From NCBI GenBank assembly GCA_028698185.1, contig JAQVDW010000012.1, positions 1-32,000 on the forward strand: 32,000 nucleotides of DNA. Direction: 5' to 3'. Below the pieces are notes generated by a model. The model worked only from the letters and a program-made list of their open reading frames with translations. It had not been told where the DNA came from and did not search any database. The number at the start of each line of letters is the position of its first letter. Position 1 is the stretch's first letter. The DNA is from Erysipelotrichaceae bacterium (GTDB lineage Bacteria > Bacillota_I > Bacilli_A > Erysipelotrichales > Coprobacillaceae). This document shows positions 7,779 to 16,348 of the stretch, piece after piece. A program made the translations under genes and the position numbers.

Positions 7779-9401
7779 ATGTTCTGTTTTCAATGCCAGG
7801 AAACCGCGAAAGGTACCGGATGTACCGTTGTCGGGGTTTGCGGAAAAAATGAAGAAGTAGCCGACTTGCAGGATCTGCTTGTCTATCTTGCAAAGGGGAT
7901 CTCGTATCTGGTCGAACAACTGAAAATCGACGCCAAAGAGATCGATGAGGTCAACATCGCGGTCCAGGACGCGCTGTTCATGACAATCACGAATGCCAAC
8001 TTCGACGATGAAGCGATCGTTGCCCATGCCTACAAACTTATCGCGATTCGCGACGATCTAAAAACAAGAGGTGACTACCTGCCAATCGACGCCACTGAAT
8101 TTGCGGTGGCAAACAAGGAAGAAATGGTGGCCAAAGGTAAGGAACAAGGCGTCCTGGCTTGCGTAGATGAGGATATCCGGTCGCTTAGGGAAATGATCAT
8201 CTATGGCTTGAAAGGGATGGGTGCATATGTGCACCATGCCTTGAATATCGGTAAGATCGATTACGCCATATACCAGTTCATTTACGAAGCCCTATCAGCC
8301 ACTCTTGATGACACCAAATCCGTTGACGACCTGGTCGGATTGACTTTAAAAACGGGTGAATTCGGGGTTAAGGCGATGGCCCTGCTTGACGATGCGAACA
8401 CATCGAAATATGGAAGCCCGGAAATAACCGAGGTCAATATCGGAGTCCGCAACAATCCGGGAATCCTGATTTCAGGCCATGACCTGGTCGACCTCGAGCA
8501 ACTTCTTGAGCAGACCCAAGGAACCGGGGTCGATGTCTATACCCACGGGGAAATGCTTCCGGGTCACTACTATCCGGCTTTCAAGAAGTACGCCAACTTT
8601 GCGGGCAACTACGGCGGTTCATGGTGGCAACAGACCAGAGATTTCGACACGTTCAACGGGCCGATCCTGTTCACGACCAACTGCATCGTGCCCCCTAAAA
8701 AAGAAGAAATCCGCCAAAGGATCTATACGACCGGGGCATCAGGATTCCCTGGCTGCGACCATATCGTTGCCGATGAAAACGGCAAGAAGGATTTTAGCGA
8801 AATAATCGCGCACGCCAAAACCTTGCCGGCACCGACTGAAATCGAAACGGGAACCATCGTCGGCGGTTTCGCCCACGACCAGGTGTTCGCATTGGCCGAC
8901 AAGGTGGTCGACGCGGTGAAATCCGGAGCGATCAAGAAATTCTTCGTCATGGCCGGTTGCGACGGCCGGATGAATATCCGGGAATATTACACCGAGTTTG
9001 CCCAAGCCCTGCCTGAAGACACGGTGATCCTGACGGCCGGATGTGCCAAGTACCGCTACAACAAGCTGGGGCTCGGGGATATCGGGGGAATCCCTCGCGT
9101 CCTCGATGCGGGTCAGTGCAACGACTCTTACTCGCTGGTTGTCATCGCCCTTAAGCTTCAGGAAATCTTCGGTCTGGATTCAGTTAACGACCTGCCGATT
9201 GCCTACAATATCGCCTGGTATGAACAAAAAGCCGTTATCGTCCTGCTTGCCTTGTTGTATCTAGGGGTTAAGGACATCCATCTGGGACCGACTTTGCCGG
9301 CTTTCCTGTCGCCGAATGTCGCAAAAGTTCTGGTCGAGAATTTTGGAATCGCACCGATTGGAACGGTTGAAGAAGATATCGAACTATTCATGAATGCCTA
9401 A
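7779..9401 (+). CDS. hcp: Hybrid-cluster protein / hydroxylamine reductase
   Basis: 540 aa. Has the N-terminal Cys motif [23 protein letters not shown] and is Hcp-like along its full length. Strong RBS AAGGAGGAAG. Confidence 0.95.
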   Translation: MFCFQCQETAKGTGCTVVGVCGKNEEVADLQDLLVYLAKGISYLVEQLKIDAKEIDEVNIAVQDALFMTITNANFDDEAIVAHAYKLIAIRDDLKTRGDYLPIDATEFAVANKEEMVAKGKEQGVLACVDEDIRSLREMIIYGLKGMGAYVHHALNIGKIDYAIYQFIYEALSATLDDTKSVDDLVGLTLKTGEFGVKAMALLDDANTSKYGSPEITEVNIGVRNNPGILISGHDLVDLEQLLEQTQGTGVDVYTHGEMLPGHYYPAFKKYANFAGNYGGSWWQQTRDFDTFNGPILFTTNCIVPPKKEEIRQRIYTTGASGFPGCDHIVADENGKKDFSEIIAHAKTLPAPTEIETGTIVGGFAHDQVFALADKVVDAVKSGAIKKFFVMAGCDGRMNIREYYTEFAQALPEDTVILTAGCAKYRYNKLGLGDIGGIPRVLDAGQCNDSYSLVVIALKLQEIFGLDSVNDLPIAYNIAWYEQKAVIVLLALLYLGVKDIHLGPTLPAFLSPNVAKVLVENFGIAPIGTVEEDIELFMNA

Positions 9402-9402
9402 A

Positions 9403-9424
9403 AAAGTCCTTCGGGACTTTTTTT
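9403..9424 (+). terminator. Rho-independent terminator after hcp
   Basis: Stem aaagtcc / ggacttt, loop ttcg, then a T-run. Confidence 0.75.
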
Positions 9425-9440
9425 ACGTGTATGCATTTGT

Positions 9441-9469
9441 TTGACGTTTAAGGGATATGGATATATAAT
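9441..9469 (+). promoter_or_regulatory. Sigma-A-type promoter for the nitroreductase-mscL pair
   Basis: TTGACG (9441-9446), 17-nt spacer, TATAAT (9464-9469). Confidence 0.55.
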
Positions 9470-9488
9470 CAGTGTATAGGAGGGCGTT

Positions 9489-10007
9489 ATGGAAGCTATT
9501 GAAAACATACTGACTCGAACCAGTGTCCGGGAATTCAATGACCAGGCAGTGGAGAGCGAAAAGCTTGAAATGATTATCAAGGCGGCGTTCGGGGCGCCGA
9601 GCGCTGTGAACAGACAGCCCTGGCATTTCGTGATTGTCGACCAGCCAGATCTCAGGGCGGACTTGGCCAAGGGCCTGACGTACTGTGAGATGGTTGCCCA
9701 AAGTCCGGTGGCCATCATGGTCTGTGGCAACAAGGACAAGTTCTTCCAGGGGGAAGACGACCTTTACTGGATCAGCGACACTTCGGCGGCATGCCAGAAT
9801 ATCCTGTTGGCCGCACACGCCCTGGGGCTTGGAGCGGTCTGGAGTGCGATCTATCCTGAAAAGGAGCGCATCGATGCGGTGCGCCGGATAATGAATCTGC
9901 CCGATAACCTGATTCCGCTGAGCCTGATTCCAATTGGGTATCCGGCAAAAGTTGCCCAAGCCAAGGACAAGTACCAACCGGAGTCGGTAAGCCATAATCG
10001 TTTCTAA
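9489..10007 (+). CDS. Nitroreductase-family (FMN-dependent) oxidoreductase
   Basis: 172 aa. Contains RTSVREF, APSAVNRQPWHFVIV and LAAHALGLGAVW motifs. RBS is AGGAGGG. Confidence 0.85.
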   Translation: MEAIENILTRTSVREFNDQAVESEKLEMIIKAAFGAPSAVNRQPWHFVIVDQPDLRADLAKGLTYCEMVAQSPVAIMVCGNKDKFFQGEDDLYWISDTSAACQNILLAAHALGLGAVWSAIYPEKERIDAVRRIMNLPDNLIPLSLIPIGYPAKVAQAKDKYQPESVSHNRF

Positions 10008-10026
10008 AAAAGAGGAGGGAATTACA

Positions 10027-10383
10027 ATGTTGAAAGAATTCAAAGATTTTGCAATCAAAGGTAACGTGATTGACCTGGCGGTTGCAGTCATCATCGGGGG
10101 TGCCTTTTCGGCCATCGTCAAGTCGCTGGTCGATGATATCATCATGCCGACATTCGCGGCCGTGTTCGGGGAACCGAATTTCGTGGGCATTACCCTGGGA
10201 CCGATCATGATCGGCAATTTCATCCAGGCCATCGTCAATTTCCTGATCATTTCCTTTAGCATCTTCCTGGTCGTGCGCCAGCTCAACAAGTTGAAAAAAC
10301 CGGAACCTAAAGCCGAACCAAAAGTATCCAATGAAGAGAAGCTGCTAAGTGAAATCCGGGATCTGCTAAAAGAAAGAAAGTAA
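10027..10383 (+). CDS. mscL: Large-conductance mechanosensitive channel
   Basis: 118 aa. MLKEFKDFAIKGNVIDLAVAVIIGGAFSAIVKSLVDDIIMP is the canonical MscL N-terminus and TM1. Confidence 0.93.
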   Translation: MLKEFKDFAIKGNVIDLAVAVIIGGAFSAIVKSLVDDIIMPTFAAVFGEPNFVGITLGPIMIGNFIQAIVNFLIISFSIFLVVRQLNKLKKPEPKAEPKVSNEEKLLSEIRDLLKERK

Positions 10384-10386
10384 ACT

Positions 10387-10411
10387 AAAAACCGCTGATT
10401 CAGCGGTTTTT
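10387..10411. terminator. Bidirectional terminator between mscL and the convergent ABC ATPase gene
   Basis: aaaaaccgctg att cagcggttttt, a perfect stem flanked by A- and T-runs. Confidence 0.75.
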
Positions 10412-10422
10412 AACGTTTTTTA

Positions 10423-11151
10423 TCAATGATTCAAAACCCTTGAAAGGAATTCCTGGCAGCGGTCAGAAGTCGGGTTGTTGAAGATTTCCTCGGGAGCACC
10501 TTCTTCAACGATGTAGCCACCGTCCATGAAGATGACCCGGTCGGCCACTTCCTTGGCGAAGGCCATTTCATGGGTCACGATGACCATTGTCATCCCTTCG
10601 TCAGCGAGTTCTTTCATGGTTGAAAGAACATCGCCGACCATTTCTGGATCCAGGGCGCTTGTCGGTTCATCGAAAAGCATGATCTGCGGATTCATTTCCA
10701 GCGCCCGGGCGATGGCAACCCGCTGTTTTTGTCCTCCGGACAAAGTTGAAGGGAAGGCGTCTTTCTTGTCAAGCAAACCGACCTTGTCAAGCAGGGCTTC
10801 GGCTTTTTTGACCGCCTCGTTTTTGCTCATTTTTTTTGTAAGCAAAGGGGCGAGAGTCATGTTTCCAAGCACGGAATAGTTGGGGAACAGGTTGAAATGC
10901 TGGAAAACCATCCCGATTTTTTCGCGGAACTTGTCAAGACTGTGGGTTTTCAAGATGTCGTCGCCGAAGATGTTGATCTCGCCGGCCTGGGCTTCCTCGA
11001 GGCGGTTCAAACAGCGCAGCAGCGTTGATTTCCCCGAACCGGAAGGACCGATTATGCAGACAACTTCGCCTTCCTGGACATTGAAGGAAACATCTTTCAA
11101 TACGACATTGTCACCATAAGCTTTTTTTAGATTTTTAACCTCGATGATCAT
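10423..11151 (-). CDS. Polar amino-acid ABC transporter, ATP-binding protein
   Basis: 242 aa. Walker [10 protein letters not shown], signature [15 protein letters not shown], Walker [12 protein letters not shown]. GlnQ/TcyC-like. Confidence 0.92.
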   Translation of the reverse strand: MIIEVKNLKKAYGDNVVLKDVSFNVQEGEVVCIIGPSGSGKSTLLRCLNRLEEAQAGEINIFGDDILKTHSLDKFREKIGMVFQHFNLFPNYSVLGNMTLAPLLTKKMSKNEAVKKAEALLDKVGLLDKKDAFPSTLSGGQKQRVAIARALEMNPQIMLFDEPTSALDPEMVGDVLSTMKELADEGMTMVIVTHEMAFAKEVADRVIFMDGGYIVEEGAPEEIFNNPTSDRCQEFLSRVLNH

Positions 11152-11800
11152 ATTTCATTCTCCTTTCAATGAATCTTGCCAATACTGTCAATGCAGTGAC
11201 CATGATCAGATAGAAGATAACCGCATATGTATAAATGTAGAATGGTTCGAATGTGCTTGATACGATGATCTGTGAGTTCATCATCAATTCGCGGACGGTT
11301 ATGATCGAAAGGATAGAAGTATCCTTGAGGGTCGAGATGAACTGGTTCATGATCGAAGGAACCATGATCTTTACCGCCTGAGGCAGGATGACATGGGTCA
11401 TAGTCTGGCGGTAGGGGATACCCAAAGAACGGGCCGCTTCCATCTGACCGAAGTCGACAGCCTGGATTCCCCCTCTGAAAATCTCACACAAAAAGGCAGA
11501 CGAGTTGATCGCTAGGATAATGATGGCGGCGTTGAAAGCCGGAATGGTGAATCCTAAAAGCGCAGGGATCCCGAAATACAGATACATCGCCAGAACGAAT
11601 ACCGGAATTCCCCGGATCAGTCCGACATAGAAAGTGGCGATGCCAGACAACAACTTGTTTTTGGAAATCGACATCAGACCGAAGACAAGGCCGATGATGA
11701 CCCCGAAGAAAAGGGCAAGAACGGCGATCGCGATGGTCATTTGCAGCCCGCTTAAAAGCTGGGGCAGGTATTTGATAAACAATGAAATAAATTCATTCAT
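11135..11800 (-). CDS. Polar amino-acid ABC transporter permease
   Basis: 221 aa, HisM/GlnP-type with the EAA-like loop ([22 protein letters not shown]). It overlaps the ATPase gene by 17 nt. RBS is GGAGGAG. Confidence 0.9.
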   Translation of the reverse strand: MNEFISLFIKYLPQLLSGLQMTIAIAVLALFFGVIIGLVFGLMSISKNKLLSGIATFYVGLIRGIPVFVLAMYLYFGIPALLGFTIPAFNAAIIILAINSSAFLCEIFRGGIQAVDFGQMEAARSLGIPYRQTMTHVILPQAVKIMVPSIMNQFISTLKDTSILSIITVRELMMNSQIIVSSTFEPFYIYTYAVIFYLIMVTALTVLARFIERRMKYDHRG

Positions 11801-11911
11801 ATAAAAACTCCTCCATAATCAAGAAAAAGGCCGGTGGCACTTGTTTCTTTTATTGTACACATTATCTTATTACCGGACCAAAGTCAAGAGGGATCGCGGC
11901 ATCGGCATAGT

Positions 11912-11942
11912 TAAAAACAAAACTCACAAATAAATGTGAGTT
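11912..11942 (-). terminator. Intra-operon hairpin/terminator between the SBP and permease genes
   Basis: On the minus strand, stem aactcaca / tgtgagtt with a 6-nt loop is followed by TTGTTTTT. A TTGACT-17-TAATGT promoter-like element lies downstream of it. Confidence 0.5.
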
Positions 11943-11950
11943 CGCGGCCA

Positions 11951-12709
11951 TTAAATATATTTTGAAAGAATTTCGTCGTATGTGCCGTTTTCTTTGATGG
12001 TTGCCAGCCCATCGTTAAACATATTCAATAAATCTTGGTTTTCACCTTTTTTGACTGCAAATGCGTATGGCACGCCGTCGCCAACTGTTTCCACAGCGAC
12101 TTTCAATCCGGTTTGGATACCTTCGTTGATCTGGTAAGAAATTACTGGATAGTCTTCAAGAAGGAAATCGTTGTTTCCATTTTGCACTGCCAGGAACATT
12201 GATGGAGAATCATCATAGTAAGTAATCGAGAAACCATAAGTGTCTGCAAACTCTTCGGCGAATGTCGCCCCGCGAGTCCCTTTTTTGACTGCGGCCGAAG
12301 TTCCGTCCAGGTCATCCAATGATGTGATGGCACTGTTGTCATTTTTGACGATTAAAGCCAATGCTGAATCATAATAGCCGTCAGAAAAGTCAACGGTTGC
12401 CTTGCGTTCTTCAGTCACCGAAATTCCGGCAATTGCTCCGTCAAGCTGACCTGAAGACAAGCCAGGGATGATGCCCGAAAAATCCATCGGAGTCAGATTG
12501 TATTCGAAACCTTCAGCTTCAGCCACAGCGTCAAGGATTTCGACATCGATTCCCACATAAGTTCCGTCAATTTCCATTGAAAAAGGTGCGTATTTGGCAT
12601 CACATCCGATTTCATAGACGTCGCCGTCACCCGATGTGCTTGAACCACATGCCGCCAAGCCCACCGCCAATGAACCAGCCAATACAGTTTTCACAAATTT
12701 TTTAAACAT
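11951..12709 (-). CDS. Amino-acid ABC transporter substrate-binding lipoprotein
   Basis: 252 aa. Signal peptide plus lipobox (LAVGLAAC GSS). Family-3 SBP features (FEYNLTPMDFSGIIPGLSSGQLDGAIAGISVTEER). Confidence 0.88.
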   Translation of the reverse strand: MFKKFVKTVLAGSLAVGLAACGSSTSGDGDVYEIGCDAKYAPFSMEIDGTYVGIDVEILDAVAEAEGFEYNLTPMDFSGIIPGLSSGQLDGAIAGISVTEERKATVDFSDGYYDSALALIVKNDNSAITSLDDLDGTSAAVKKGTRGATFAEEFADTYGFSITYYDDSPSMFLAVQNGNNDFLLEDYPVISYQINEGIQTGLKVAVETVGDGVPYAFAVKKGENQDLLNMFNDGLATIKENGTYDEILSKYI

Positions 12710-12724
12710 AAAATTATCCTCCTA

Positions 12725-12738
12725 TATTGTATACAATA
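12725..12738. promoter_or_regulatory. Perfect 14-bp palindrome, a candidate operator at the SBP promoter
   Basis: TATTGTATACAATA is its own reverse complement. It lies between a TTGACA -35-like hexamer (minus strand) and the RBS of the SBP gene. Confidence 0.35.
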
Positions 12739-12883
12739 CAGGAAAAAGGGTTTTGTGTCAAGATGCAAGCGCCTAAATGAAAGCGATGCCATTAGGATCT
12801 TGAGCAAGTTTGTGTTATTCGCCTAAAATCAACAGGAATAATTGTGCTTTTTGGATAAAATGGTTTTTTGAGAGTAATGGCGT

Positions 12884-12911
12884 AAAAAAGGATGACTGCG
12901 TTGTCATCCTT
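12884..12911 (-). terminator. Rho-independent terminator after fur
   Basis: On the minus strand, stem aaggatgac / gtcatcctt with a 6-nt loop is followed by TTTTTT. It overlaps the fur stop codon. Confidence 0.6.
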
Positions 12912-13356
12912 TCCGGTCGTTTCTGTTTTGGCACCTTGCACAAAGGCCATAAAATTTTGTTTCATGGTCACTAACCTTGAAACCGTAGTTTTTCGCAAAT
13001 ATCTGTTCGATCGAATCCATTAGGTCTTCCTCGACCTCGATTACCTGATGGCAGTTGGTGCAGATCAGGTGATGATGGCGGTGCTTTTTTTGTACCGGGG
13101 CGATCTCGTAACGGACAAAGCCGTCATTGAGGTTCAAAGTTTCGATAATTCCCAGGTCGCAAAGCAACTTGACGTTGCGATACACCGTGGCCAGTCCGAT
13201 TTCGGGATTGGAATGCCTGACCGCCTGGTGGATCTGTTCGACGGTAAGGTGTTCTTTCCTGTGCTCGATCAGGGCTTCGATTATTATTTTGCGCTGCCGG
13301 GTCAGCTTGTAGCCTTTTGCTTTTAGATTATTGTATATGGTGTCAATTGGGATCAT
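12904..13356 (-). CDS. fur: Fur-family metalloregulator, most similar to a ferric uptake regulator
   Basis: The track ORF (TTG at 13383, inside the -10 box) is trimmed to the ATG at 13356 (MIPIDTIY). Contains PEIGLATVYRNVKLL, HRHHHLICTNC...GLCARC, closely resembling Bacillus-type Fur. Fur boxes are present at the feo locus in this same window. Confidence 0.85.
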   Translation of the reverse strand: MIPIDTIYNNLKAKGYKLTRQRKIIIEALIEHRKEHLTVEQIHQAVRHSNPEIGLATVYRNVKLLCDLGIIETLNLNDGFVRYEIAPVQKKHRHHHLICTNCHQVIEVEEDLMDSIEQIFAKNYGFKVSDHETKFYGLCARCQNRNDRKG

Positions 13357-13382
13357 AGGATTTACCTTGCTTTCATAGACCA

Positions 13383-13411
13383 ATTATAATCAAGATAAAA
13401 GAGAGTGTCAA
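13383..13411 (-). promoter_or_regulatory. Consensus sigma-A promoter for fur
   Basis: On the minus strand: TTGACA (13406-13411), 17-nt spacer, TATAAT (13383-13388). Confidence 0.6.
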
Positions 13412-13431
13412 ATCCTAAGCTGATTTGATTG

Positions 13432-14268
13432 TCATGCCAGGGTCTTGTAGTAGATGTTCATCGACTCGATTGACCCCGAGATCTGGGTGTTGTTTATCAG
13501 GGTTCCCCCATATACGTAGCCGGCTTTTTTGAAGGTGGCGTTCATTGGCAGGGAAGCCGCCCGGGCAATCGTGTAGACTGTCTTGAAATCCATTTCCCGA
13601 AGTTTCTCTTCCATCGCTTGAAGCAGGTGTCGGGCCAGCTTTTGGCCTCGATGGCGTTCATCAATCGCAAAGTCCGTCATTTCGCAGGCCAGATGATCCT
13701 TGCTCGTTTCACAATTCGACACGCCGATTAATTTCTCCTGGAAAAAGACGCCCAGGTAGGTGCAGTTGTCCGCCATTGTTTCGCGAAGATATTCTTCCTC
13801 GAAAATCGGGAACGGATAGGTCGCGAATACTCTTTTGAACAGGGCGGCCATTTCCGGAGCATCCTTAAATGTCAACGGACGGATCTGGTACATGTCTGGC
13901 AGATTGTCCGGTTTCTCTTCATGCATTCGGTCTGTTTTTTCGAGCACCTGCGCGATGTCTTTTTTGTCATGTTCATACCGTTTGAAGTTGAGATACCTGA
14001 CCATAAACAAGGCGTCCTGTTGACCCTTGTGGTAGCCTTCGACTCTGCCTTCACAGGCAAATCCGTCCTTTTCCAGTTTGGTGGCCGCATCTTTGCCTGC
14101 CTTGATGATGATCTTGGAGTAATTGTGGTATTGCGCAAGGACACTGATGTTTTCAAGCAGCAGTCTGTCGTATTTTTCGAGGTAATCGAGAAGGTAGACC
14201 CGGTCTGAGAATTTCCCGAACTGCACGGTAAAGCCGTTGATTTCCTTGATGGTATCGCGCCTATTCAC
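13432..14268 (-). CDS. ablB: GNAT acetyltransferase, probably beta-lysine N6-acetyltransferase
   Basis: 278 aa. The C-terminal GNAT core reads IGVSNCE...[37 protein letters not shown]. It overlaps the 3' end of the lysine 2,3-aminomutase gene by 8 nt, the same arrangement as known ablA-ablB operons. Confidence 0.75.
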   Translation of the reverse strand: MNRRDTIKEINGFTVQFGKFSDRVYLLDYLEKYDRLLLENISVLAQYHNYSKIIIKAGKDAATKLEKDGFACEGRVEGYHKGQQDALFMVRYLNFKRYEHDKKDIAQVLEKTDRMHEEKPDNLPDMYQIRPLTFKDAPEMAALFKRVFATYPFPIFEEEYLRETMADNCTYLGVFFQEKLIGVSNCETSKDHLACEMTDFAIDERHRGQKLARHLLQAMEEKLREMDFKTVYTIARAASLPMNATFKKAGYVYGGTLINNTQISGSIESMNIYYKTLA

Positions 14269-15514
14269 CGGCCTGCTCCATCGGGGTCAGGGTGATCAGG
14301 TCATCGGTGTCGCACAGGAGCTTCTCGAGACCGATTGGCTTGTAATTGTCCTTCTGGTCATATTTGAATTGGAGGTTGCAGTCCTTGCAGTTAAGGTCAC
14401 AATAGTTTGGTTCGTAGTTGTCAGGTTCCTGGTAGGTTGTTATCATGCCTTCGTAATTTCTCAAAACGACCTTGTTTGTGGACCATGACATAAGATAGTT
14501 TGGCATGATCGGGATTTTACCTCCCCCACCGGGTGCATCGATGACATAGGTCGGAACGGCAAAACCGCTGGTATGGCCACGCAGGCTTTCCATGATTTCA
14601 ATCCCTTTGCCCACGCTGGTCCGGAAATGTTCCAGGCCGTAAGAGAGATCGCATTGGTACATGTAGTAAGGGCGGACCCGATGGGCGGTCAGCTTATGAA
14701 CCAACTTTTTCATGATCTTCGAGCAGTCATTGACATTCGCGAGCAAGACGCTCTGGTTGCCTAGTGGGATGCCCGCTTCTGCAAGCTTGTCAAGGGCAAC
14801 AATCGCTTCTGGCGATATCTCTTTGGGGTGGTTGAAGTGGGTGTTGATCCACAGGTTCTTGTGTTTTTTCAATATGGCAACCAGACTGTCAGTAATCCTG
14901 AAAGGCAGCACGACCGGCGTCCGGGTTCCGATGCGGATCACTTCGACGTGCTCGATTTCGCTGATTTTTTCCAGCAACAATTTTATAGTCTCGTCCTCAA
15001 GCAGGAAGGGGTCGCCCCCTGAAAGCAGCACATCGCGGATTTCGGGATGGTTGGCGATGTATTCGATTCCGGCCTGGTAATGTTCGATGGTCGGGTTGAA
15101 ATCGGTGTCGCCAACCTTCCGTTTCCGGGTGCAGTGACGGCAGTACATGGCGCACACGTTGGAAACATGGAACAGGACCCTATCAGGGTAGCGGTGGGTG
15201 ATCCCGGTCACCGGGCTGTCACCGTCCTCATTAAGAGGGTCCAAGATGTCGCAGCTCGAGACATCGAGCTCCTTGGGACTGGGGAATGCCTGCTGGAAGA
15301 CCGGGTCGTTCTGGTAGTCGCCCGCGTCCACCAGGGACAGATAATATGGGGTTATCGACAAAGGAAATGTCGCTATTGTTTTCTCTAGTTGGCCACGCAA
15401 TTCAGGCTCGAAACGGATTTCGAGGATCTTCTCGACCTGTTCAATCGAGTTGATCCGGTTTTGCAGTTGCCATCTGTAGTCATGCCATTTTTCATTGTTT
15501 TTCTTGATATTCAT
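14261..15514 (-). CDS. ablA: L-lysine 2,3-aminomutase (radical SAM, PLP-dependent)
   Basis: 417 aa. Radical-SAM motif [14 protein letters not shown], plus [20 protein letters not shown] and the C-terminal Zn-binding Cys cluster. KamA/AblA-like along its full length. Confidence 0.92.
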   Translation of the reverse strand: MNIKKNNEKWHDYRWQLQNRINSIEQVEKILEIRFEPELRGQLEKTIATFPLSITPYYLSLVDAGDYQNDPVFQQAFPSPKELDVSSCDILDPLNEDGDSPVTGITHRYPDRVLFHVSNVCAMYCRHCTRKRKVGDTDFNPTIEHYQAGIEYIANHPEIRDVLLSGGDPFLLEDETIKLLLEKISEIEHVEVIRIGTRTPVVLPFRITDSLVAILKKHKNLWINTHFNHPKEISPEAIVALDKLAEAGIPLGNQSVLLANVNDCSKIMKKLVHKLTAHRVRPYYMYQCDLSYGLEHFRTSVGKGIEIMESLRGHTSGFAVPTYVIDAPGGGGKIPIMPNYLMSWSTNKVVLRNYEGMITTYQEPDNYEPNYCDLNCKDCNLQFKYDQKDNYKPIGLEKLLCDTDDLITLTPMEQAGE

Positions 15515-15552
15515 TCATATCCTCCTTGTGTAATTTGTGTTAGACCCTTAAA

Positions 15553-15592
15553 AATAAAAAAGTACCCCAACTCAAATAGAGTTAGAGTACTT
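15553..15592 (-). terminator. Leader (attenuator) terminator upstream of ablA
   Basis: On the minus strand, AAGTACTCTAACTC tatt TGAGTTGGGGTACTT is followed by TTTTTATTTTT. It ends about 40 nt before the ablA RBS. Confidence 0.7.
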
Positions 15593-15808
15593 AAACTTCG
15601 CTTGCGCTCGAATCATACCACCAAAGTAGTATGGGTCATGATGAATCATCCTAACCAAGTCCCAGTTCTAAAATTCTGATTTTTCACAGCCAATTTCTTT
15701 ATTATGCGGCAGACTTATCAATACCGATAGTTATACCTGTATCAACTCATAAGCCAAATACTCAAGGTGCTACTTTACCATTAATCATAAAAAGTTTCCG
15801 GTGAAACC
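15553..15808 (-). promoter_or_regulatory. Structured 5' leader of ablAB, a T-box-like riboswitch candidate (class uncertain)
   Basis: About 290 nt separate the consensus promoter from the ablA start. A GGTGGTA heptamer (15616-15622, minus strand), matching the T-box core GGUGGUA, lies just 5' of the terminator. Segment ACTT...GGTGGTATGA-TTCG(loop)CGAA-GTTTAAGTACT can form an alternative antiterminator-like helix that uses the 5' arm of the terminator. AUGA and AGUA motifs are present near the 5' end. Stem I and the specifier could not be folded convincingly by eye. Confidence 0.4.
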
Positions 15809-15814
15809 ATACTG

Positions 15815-15843
15815 AATATAACAAATAAATCCGGCTTTGTCAA
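15815..15843 (-). promoter_or_regulatory. Sigma-A promoter for the ablAB leader
   Basis: On the minus strand: TTGACA (15838-15843), 17-nt spacer, TATATT (15815-15820). Confidence 0.6.
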
Positions 15844-15918
15844 ATCGGCATCACGACAACCGGGAAATCCCCCTGGACAGCAAAATGTTAGATGCGTCTA
15901 ATTTTTTTATGGTTTTGG

Positions 15919-15948
15919 TTGACAGGTTTGGGTGTTTTTTGGTATTAT
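15919..15948 (+). promoter_or_regulatory. Promoter of the feo operon
   Basis: TTGACA (15919-15924), 18-nt spacer, TATTAT (15943-15948). Confidence 0.55.
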
Positions 15949-15953
15949 CTATT

Positions 15954-15968
15954 TGATAATGAATCTCA
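15954..15968. promoter_or_regulatory. Fur box 1, overlapping the start region of the feo transcript
   Basis: TGATAATGAATCTCA matches the 7-1-7 Fur consensus TGATAATnATTATCA at 12 of 14 defined positions. It lies 5 nt downstream of the -10 box. Confidence 0.55.
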
Positions 15969-16007
15969 ATTAGACAATCACGCTATACGCGCCAGGAGGA
16001 AACACTT

Positions 16008-16319
16008 ATGGAAAATTCATTCAAATTCACCGGCCTGTTCAAAAGACGGCGTCGTCATCATTGCAATCACGGCAGAAAAAATAACTGTGGCCACGGGCGG
16101 GGGAATTCATTGATTCATGCGGAATTGAACCAGGAATATACCATTAAGAAGATACGTGCTGACAATGACAAGATCGGGAATTTTCTTTTTTCGCTGGGAT
16201 GCTTTCCCGGAAGTAAAGTTACTGTTGTTTCAAAAATTGCGAACCAGTATGTTATAGTCATCAAGAATGCCCGTTACAGCATCGACAAAGAGCTGGCCTG
16301 GTGTATCGTAGTCGACTAG
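16008..16319 (+). CDS. feoA: FeoA-family protein with an N-terminal Arg/His/Cys-rich extension
   Basis: 103 aa. The C-terminal roughly 70 aa form a FeoA SH3-like domain (EYTIKKIRADNDKIGNFLFSLGCFPGSKVTVVSK...VIVIKNARYSIDKELA). The N-terminus reads MENSFKFTGLFKRRRRHHCNHGRKNNCGHGRGNS. GGAGG lies 8 nt upstream of the ATG. Confidence 0.85.
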   Translation: MENSFKFTGLFKRRRRHHCNHGRKNNCGHGRGNSLIHAELNQEYTIKKIRADNDKIGNFLFSLGCFPGSKVTVVSKIANQYVIVIKNARYSIDKELAWCIVVD

Positions 16320-16348
16320 AATGGTGGGTTATTTTTTTAATTAGTTAA

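Noticed and set aside
15600-15680. A 25-codon leader ORF (MIHHDPYYFGGMIRAQAKFKYSNSI) ending inside the ablA leader terminator, which would suggest peptide-mediated attenuation.
   Set aside because: The only purine-rich element (AGGA) abuts the ATG with no spacer, and the peptide is not enriched in Lys or any other single amino acid.
15515-15843. A lysine riboswitch (L-box) upstream of kamA/ablA, which has been reported for some kamA operons.
   Set aside because: I could not find the conserved L-box blocks (AGAGGnGC, GCCGAAG, CCGGAA, TGGAGAGC-type). Only one short ACTGGG-like match is present. A covariance-model search should still be run.
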